A stretch of DNA of 63,419 nucleotides, the filler included, from Sluysia triapertura (Eukaryota), in assembly GCA_046118255.1 (NCBI GenBank). It is 5 parts of 5 records of this genome, joined end to end, with 100 filler letters (N's around TTAATTAATTAA, not from the genome) between each part and the next. Parts side by side here need not be neighbours in the genome. Positions count along the whole stretch, not along the records: positions 51,505 to 63,419 come from JBJNIA010156825.1; 4 more parts are not named here. One strand, written 5' to 3'. Below are positions 55,406 to 63,419 of this stretch, piece after piece. Positions within the stretch are counted from its first letter, which is position 1; every line of letters begins with the position of its first letter. The notes under the pieces were generated by a model. The model searched no databases, was not told where the DNA came from, and saw only the letters and a program-made list of their open reading frames with translations. Made by a program: the position numbers and the translations under genes.

Positions 55406-55743
55406 TAGAAATGACTAGATATTTTTAATATATTTTTGTATTACTTACTTGTTTCTGTATTCAATATTATTGTGAACGCAGTTTTTAATGTCTTCTTTAA
55501 TTTGCTTGTAGTTTCTTTTTCCACTTTGCCTACTACGCTATTTTTAATTGTATTATCTGAATGTATATAAAAGTAAATTGCTACATGTAATTTTTATTTA
55601 AATCATAATATTATTTTTATTATAATAAATAAAGTAAATTTTTAATGTTATTTTTCTAAATTCTAAATATAACATATTATGAATGTAATTTTAAATTTTT
55701 ACATTTTAATGTGTAATACAAGTTATATGCTATGGCTCTTATT

Positions 55744-56269
55744 TTAAATATGCATATATTGACTTAAAACTTTTAAATTCTTAAAAATCTCACGGATTAT
55801 TTCAAAACGTTGTTGTGTTTCCTCAGAAAACGTCAATTTTATTGCCGGATCTTGTGAATTAAGCCAACAAACAGTATCTATTATAGTCCACAATATAATA
55901 TCAATAGTTTTTTCCAAAATTTCATTATGAGAGTGATCTAAAAAATAATATTATTATTAACTAGCATTAGAAGAACTAACAGTTTCTGTCATTTTTTACT
56001 TCATTTAATAGAATGAAATTAATCAATTTGACACATTGTAATAGTTTTTGAAATCCAATATTTGCTTGGTTTTCATTGGATGACATATAAAAGGTATTAC
56101 TTCGTATTGGTGCAGCTGTTACATGGATAGATATTATAATACACAATGTATGAAATGCATTTATTATTTCTACATTATTTAAGTTCTGTTTTGACATTTC
56201 ATAGGCTAGATTGATAATACATTCTGGTAATCCAGAATTCCAGCAACAGTGGAGTAACAGTGCATTGTG
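55744..56269 (-). CDS. Last two exons of an unidentified gene (56269-55981 and 55937-55744)
   Basis: TTACAG acceptor, 289-nt exon, 43-nt GTTAGT..TTTTAG intron preserving phase 1, final exon YHSHNEILEKTIDIILWTIIDTVCWL...LSQYMHI*. Confidence 0.7.
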
Positions 56270-56916
56270 CTGTAACAACAATATATATATTATTACTTTT
56301 AAATTTAAGATTTTTTATGTATAGTTTTTAATTAATTTTTTATATAATACCGAATAATTACATGTTGAATTCAGACAAATAAATGTCAGATTTCGATTTT
56401 TTCAAAAATTAAGACAAAACGGCTTTGTTTTTAAAGTTAACTGTCATTGTGAAAAACTATGACAGCAACAATGCGCTTGTAAAAATGTAGACGAATTGAT
56501 CCATAGTGTTGAATCAATTCAATTCGAATACATTGAATGTTTGGTTGAAACTATAAAAGTAAATGGATCATTTACAAAGATCTGGTAAGCTTGCAATTTC
56601 TATAAATTTTAATTTTAAAAATTTCTCAGAAATAATATAATATTTATAGTTAAATTTCAATAAAATATATGATTTTTCAAAAATATTAATTATTAAATGT
56701 GGAGGGCGTTAAGTAACTTGATTGTAATAAATTATAATTATTTCCATTTAATTTTAATAAATTATGCTTAATTCTATTTATTTTCGAATAGGTATTTAAA
56801 AAATTTAACAATTTAATTAACAAAAAAACATCTAACTTCAATTTAAAAACAATTAGTGAAATGCAAAATTTTTTTATCAATGAATTAGGCCTAATGCCTT
56901 TAAAAAAGTTAAGAGT

Positions 56917-58459
56917 TTATAATACAATGAAAAAATTCGATATTTTATTTATGGAATAAAATATAGCAAAAAAATATATAACAGTCTGAATAACCATTGC
57001 AAACACAATGGTAAATGAAAAAAACATACTATTTTTATAATTATCTGTCATGGGCATAATTGCTAAACGAATCATGGATAATAACAATGTTATTAATTCG
57101 TTAAATAAAGCAAGATAATAATCGGGTTTATTGTGACAATGATTAAGGTAGCTTGCCAACATTATACCATACATAGCCAAATTCGTAATTTTCGTTTCAT
57201 ATTTGGAAAATATATTTTCGTAAAATAATCATTTATCAATTTAGAAGATTCCAAATGTTTATCATTATTAATAGGCATTATTATTGAATTTTTTTAAGTA
57301 ATAATTTTTAATTAATACTGATAATTTTTATTATTTCTTTACATAATTTCAACAAGAAATTATGGGATAACAAAGGAGAGCATACAACATACTGATATAA
57401 TAGTTTGTACATATTTGATTTGTATTAAATCTTTCAAGAATCCTTTACAAACATCAGCTCTATTTAATGTTTTTATCGCTGGTTCTACTTTACTAACTTT
57501 TGCTGGAATCTCTTCGTTGCCTTCAATCGGCACAAAAGGAGAATGATGGTTACGTTTACGCGTTGATGATATTATTGGAATTGTTTCTGATAAATCTTTG
57601 CATTCTGTGGGGCTTGTCAACTTTTTCTGATCTTCTTTTTGCTCTTCCCAATCATCAACTAACTGAAAATCATCTATTATTATATCTTAGTCCTTTCCAT
57701 TCAATTTCATACTAATTTTATGAAATTGATTTTACATTTTCAATAAAAACTATTTTAGGAAAAATTGTTTTAATTTCGTTTAAAATTTCATTATTAATTA
57801 AAGCAACTGTATTTGATTCCAATTTGCGTTCACAATAAAATCGCATTGTGACCGACAGAATTTTGAATTTCACATATTTCTCTTACGCGCTTGATATAAT
57901 CATCAATCTTTGGACAGTTTGGTTGAATTGCATGGTAATAAGATATAATAGAATGTTCTAATGAATTTATAAATGATTCCAATTTTGTAATGTCATTATA
58001 TAAAAATAGATGACAGAATTCATTAAATTCGGAATTACTTTTTGTTTGCATTTCATATTTTTTTAATTCAGAAGAACATTTATTAAAAATAACTTTTGAT
58101 TAAAATTCGAAGTCATTTTAAACGCATATCCAAATTCTGAAGAAAGTAATTTTCCTTTGTAACACATTTTGACACTCTTGTCAATAGGTATTATGAGTTT
58201 AAATATTTTATTAAAAAGTGTCATATTTTAGAGCAAACTGATACAAAGAAGCTAAATTAAAATCTTCATGAAGGGAGTGCACCTTTTCTAGATTGACTTC
58301 CACAATATCTTCCAAATTTGATTCATAGGATTTGATGAGAGATTCAAGTGGTGATTCATTTATAGAAAAGTCTGCTAAAATGTCATTCTTCATTTTATTT
58401 AGTCTACTATTTAAAGTAGCTAATGTTTCTTCTTTCTTTGTAAAAGAAACGGCACTCAA
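56917..58459 (-). pseudogene. Chain of collinear disrupted ORF fragments of unknown family, ending in hydrophobic segments
   Basis: ORF-track fragments 58211-58459, 57830-58051, 57360-57620 and 56917-57180 on the same strand, with no clear splice sites. Confidence 0.4.
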
Positions 58460-58594
58460 ATTTGATTTATAATCTTGAAATAGATTAAAATTGAAAATAT
58501 TATATTAAATGATATTGACTGTTATCTTTAAAACCTTGTTTGTGTATAAAATACATGCAGTTTATATAAAATTTACTATTATATGAGACAGTTC

Positions 58595-59095
58595 GATTGA
58601 AATGTTGGAGTTGTTAAAAGAACAAATTCTATAACAGACACTAAATAAATACTTTGTAGATCAGCAAATAGATAGGTATATATAAAAATGGGAAAAACAA
58701 ATGAATAAAAAGAAAGACTGATAATAAGGATAAAAGAAATAATAATAATGATAACAATAACGTGGTTATTATGTTTATTAATACTACCATTGTTGATGTT
58801 GATATGAAATTTACTATGAAAAGTATTTTAAAGTTATTGTAAAAGTTATTACTTGATAATCATATTATACAACAATAATGACAATAATTATTATATATAT
58901 ATTTTTAATACGATTTGAATTGTAATATTAATAGCGGTAGTTCATGATACTTATGTGCGATGATTATGTTGTTTTTTGAATGAGTTTTTTTAGTTTGTTT
59001 AATAATTTGTGTACATGTGAAATGTTTTTATGTGTTAAAGTGTGATGAATTTTATGAGATTTCCTACAATAATTAAAGAAGAAACTCGACGGAAA
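58595..59095. repeat. Repeat 'module C' copy 2
   Basis: Collinear anchors with 27840-28230. Confidence 0.55.
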
Positions 59096-60419
59096 GGCTA
59101 AATAATATAAAACAATAAATTTTTTAAAATTAAATCCCTTAGGTCTTTAATTTATGACATTGAGATTTTATATACAGACTTTCCCTCATTAAAATTTTAT
59201 TAATAATCAGTTTAAATGATTTTTATGTTTTAGTCTTTTGAGTAAAACAAACTTAAAATGAATAAATTTACTAATTTTATAGTCATTTTTCAAGATGGCT
59301 TTTCCAAGCACTACATAAAATAATCATGTTTGACAAAGTGTAAAGAGACGCGTAAATTGAAATTATGAATTGTGATTCAACTGAAGCTAGTACTTATACT
59401 AGTTATTGACAAATTACAATCAATTATAATCTCTTGAATATTCTAAAATATTCCAGAAAATTCTTTCTTTTTTAGAAATTACTATTTTCTTTTTTGGAAA
59501 TTTATTTTTTTTCGGATAATATTTCTTTTTTTGAAAATTTATTATTTTAAAGAGTAGTGATTGCACTTGCAAAAACTTTTTTTAACTGCTGATTTAATCA
59601 CATCATTTAATAAACCAAAAATAACAATAGGCTTGTAAGCCTAAAATAAATATTATTGTTGGAATTTTTAATAAAAATTATCCTAACCAAACTTAAAATT
59701 TGAAATGGTTTCATCCCTACAGTGGCTTTTCTATAGGATTTAACAGAAAATTTTAAACTAATGCAGAGATGGCTACATCTTTAATATTTTATAAAGATTG
59801 AAGTACCATGACTTTTGCTGAATCCGAATTGAAAATTTTGTTCATTTAATAATAGTTAACTCAATATAAGTCATTTTTACAATTAAGATTTATTATAATT
59901 ATAATTTAATAAATAAAAATCAATTATAATACTTAAGCTCAGGGGTTATACAACGTATATAAATGTTAGTACCCAAATAACAATAAATAAACATTAAAAC
60001 ATAGATCAAACTAATCACAAATAAGTTGGCTTAAGGGTAAAATTTAGTCAGATGTCTATAGAACTGTAAGATTCAGTTAGTGCTTGCCACTACTGTATTG
60101 AGTCAGCCAACTTGCAAGAAAAGTATTACAGCCAAATTAATAGCAATAACTTTCTGTATATGATAATTGTGAAGAAGTCGGGAATTCGATATAATTATTG
60201 TGCATGTCGACAAGACTTGCTTATTTCTTAGAGTCGGTTTTATGATGACCAATTTTATTAGTCACATGTGAACATTAATTTCCGTCTTAATATAATCTAC
60301 AATTATCCAAAGATCCTTATCTTTGTTTGGCAAACAATCTCGTATCTTTTGAAATTAATAAAATTAAAATTCAACATCATGATTATAACAAGACTTATTA
60401 ATAATTACAATAATACATT

Positions 60420-60830
60420 AACTTAAATTGAATTATTTTCAATAATAACTTTTATTAGATACACAACACAAAAAATGATTAATGATCAGCCAATACTTTC
60501 TATTTTTACTTTCTACTCGATCTATTTTTACTTAAATTACTTCTCACACTAATATAATGAATTTAACTTTAGCTTTTATAATTCATTTGATTATTAGTTT
60601 TTCACACCAAATTTTCTAAAAGAAAATGCTTAAAGTTCTCATTCTCAAACATTTCATGTCGTATTCAATTCATTATTTGTTCATCATTCTAATTATGAAA
60701 AATTCAACATTCTACAATTATGAATTGAAATTAAGGCATGAATTCGAGCAAACTATATCTTCATCGAAAAGTCTTCCTAAAACAAATAGGTACGGTTTCA
60801 ACTGTGATATAGTATTCGCAAAGTACTTTT
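60420..60830 (-). repeat. Repeat 'module B' partial copy (inverted)
   Basis: TCTACTCGATCTATTTTT, GTTCTCATTC and ATCTTCATCGAAA match 29400-29790 and the reverse complement of 7000-7400. Confidence 0.75.
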
Positions 60831-63104
60831 CTTAAGATTTTAACTGACGAATGTTTGAGCATTTAAATTTGATTATGAGTAGACAAATTAAGTAACCGAG
60901 GAAATTCTTGCAGGTTATGTTGACTATTCTGAACTGCTTTTTCTACTTCTAACGCCGATATCAATTAATCTAAATTTAGTAAAGCAAGTCTCTTCGATAA
61001 TTTTACATTTATTTATTGTACATTCTAAAAATTCTTTGACATCAAAGTATTCATTCTTCGAATATGAAAATTTTAAATAGAAACTATAGTAAAGGAACTT
61101 CAAATATTTTTAAATTACATTAATTTTTTCTTTAACTTAATCAAATATAGATCTCTGAATATAAGAATTTTTACGAAAATCGTATTATTTACATAATTTT
61201 TTGGAAAATAACCACTGAGAAATAAACTTTCTTTATCATCTTTATCAAAAATCTACATAATATAAAGCTCGTCAATTATTTCTTTGCGCCGTTCATCTTT
61301 TAAACTTGATAATCTACCTACAGTATCCAAACTTTTGTATTTTTAAAACTTTTTAATTTCCTACACCTGTGTACTATAACTTTTACGAATATTTGCAATG
61401 TTTTTAAAATAGTTCTATATTTGTGTAAAAAGTAATGTGTATCGTCTTCAATTCTTATTACGTTCGTGATCTGGACATTGTATCATTATTATGTATAACT
61501 TTTTTTGTGCTTTAGTCATATTAATTAATATTAAAACTTAATAAGCTAAATGTTAGTTTAAATTAATTCTTCTAAAAAATTTGTTTTGATCTTTCTAAAC
61601 TTTTCTAAATTTATACTAATTTCTAAGACTCAATCTTACCTTTGATTTATTCGATTTATTTAAACAAATTTTCTTTAAATTTTACAATTTACATTCTAAA
61701 ATATTAATAAGGTATTTAATAAAATTTATTTTGATTTTTAAATATTATAATTTATTTTGATTAATAAAATTAAAATTTATTATAAAAATATACCAAATAA
61801 AATACATTTAACAAAACATAAATGCAAAATATACAACCTCAACAAATTACTTTATTTCTGTAGATCTTGTTTAAAGAGTATCGAATGTAAAATCCTAGCA
61901 TTTTAATCTCGCTGCAAAAATCGAAAATAAATCTTGAACTTCTTTAAAGTCGATAGACATAAGATATTAACCCTTACACAATAAAATCCAATTTCTACTA
62001 TTTTGACCTCCACAACTCTGTTTGAAGAAATTCAAAATATTTAATTTACGTTTCAAATGATGATTTAAATTCACGTATATTTAGATAAATTAAAGTTAGA
62101 CTTTGACAATTCAAAATTATGTTTAAAAAAGGGTGTACAGACTTTATTTGTACAATTAAAATTTCAAATAGTAAAGATAAATGTTGATCCTCAGTCTAGA
62201 TGATAGGGAGGAGATAGAATGTCAGATGAGACAACTTTATATTATGATTTTGTTATACTTTTTCATACAAAAATTGAATTATTTTTGGTTATATGTGGAA
62301 CACTGAGTCTAAAAATAAATGTTACAAATATTAATTTTAAAAATTTAAGATTTGAAATTAAACTGATAAATGTAAAATCATCAGTCTTTACACATACGAT
62401 AGAACATTTTGAATATACTGACAAGATAATATTTGGTGTCATCTTTTTAAAAGACTAACTGCTCTTGCCAACCTATTACATTATAGATCCTATATTTACC
62501 ACAAAACTGAGTCACAAATAAAGCTAATATTTAACACGATCAATATTAATATTACAATTAAAATAAATAGAAAGTAGTAACGTAGTACTTTCTCGAAAAG
62601 TCAAATCTTTCAATTATTACTCGTACTAAAAGATGCAATTCTTAGACTTACAATTAATCAAATTAAAGTTTCTTAATGCAACTCATTATCAAATATTATA
62701 ATTATTATAAAACTATAGGCTTTATTATTTTCTTATGCTTAAAACTTCCTTAAAGTACACGATACACTTTGGCCTGTTCATTCAGACTCACGAATTAACA
62801 TAATTTCTTAAACATTTTAATGCACTAAATTATAAATATAATTTATTTTATCATTACTACTGTATTTATTTGAGATGTTTGTACTTTCACATTTAATAAT
62901 CAAGTAAATCTATTAAATATCGTAGAATATAATTACTAAACCTCTGACACCATTGCATATTTTAATGAATAGTGATTAATGAATAGCAATCTTAAAAGAT
63001 GCCCGATCAAATTAATAAGAATTTAATAAATTAATATTATTATGATTAACATTAATCCATTTTATTTTAAAATACATATGATTCACAAAAACGGAAAGTT
63101 GAAG

Positions 63105-63362
63105 TTACGATTTAATATCCACTGGTAATGGAGTATGTCGACCATACATCTTTTCGTAAATCCAATAAAATATTGCTAAACCAATGGTGTAAAGAAATCC
63201 TGAAGTTGCAAATACTCCACCGATAACAGCACTGAGATGTATAAGAAAACCGATAGAGCTCAATCTATCTTCCGTAACGCTAACTTCCAATGGAGATATA
63301 TCGTAACGCATGTAAATTCCTGGCATTCCATGACTACCAGCACTATGGTTTATTGTACGGTT
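63105..63362 (-). CDS. ERGIC2: ER-Golgi intermediate compartment protein 2 (Erv41-like), last exon
   Basis: TTTTAG acceptor, then NRTINHSAGSHGMPGIYMRYDISPLEVSVTE...LSAVIGGVFATSG; the INH.AGSHG motif is typical of ERGIC2 rather than ERGIC1/3. Confidence 0.88.
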   Translation of the reverse strand, partial: NRTINHSAGSHGMPGIYMRYDISPLEVSVTEDRLSSIGFLIHLSAVIGGVFATSGFLYTIGLAIFYWIYEKMYGRHTPLPVDIKS

Positions 63363-63419
63363 CTAAAATATTTAATATCTATAACACATATTATTATAGA
63401 ATTTACAAATATATATATA

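Noticed and set aside
56350-56600. Candidate upstream exon of the minus-strand gene next to piwi
   Set aside because: All minus frames contain stops unless a 25-nt intron and weak splice sites are assumed.

Overview
Very AT-rich eukaryotic (animal) genomic DNA. The window is five ~12-13.6 kb pieces joined by identical artificial 100-bp spacers (44 N + TTAATTAATTAA + 44 N), so adjacency across spacers is not biological evidence. Recognisable host genes: a nearly intronless PIWI-clade Argonaute (~821 aa, DEDH tetrad), two exons of a Na+/Ca2+ exchanger, one RSPH4/6 exon, the last exon of ERGIC2, and several orphan exons including a terminal exon ending in CaaX (CLIM). From memory the PIWI N-terminus resembles planarian PIWIs, so a free-living flatworm is my unverified inference. 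The rest is microsatellites, decayed DNA transposons (hAT, Tc1/mariner, pogo-like, a TA-flanked MITE), a possible gypsy pol relic, and an unclassified family of dispersed repeat modules. The most unusual signal is in piece 25577-39199. It has inverted-repeat ends and four CCAATCAG-core inverted repeats whose arms differ between copies yet stay perfectly complementary within each copy. Nearby intronless ORFs include a RING-H2 mini-protein and a Ras-like fragment fused to 23-aa tandem repeats. This may be a large cargo-carrying mobile or viral element.
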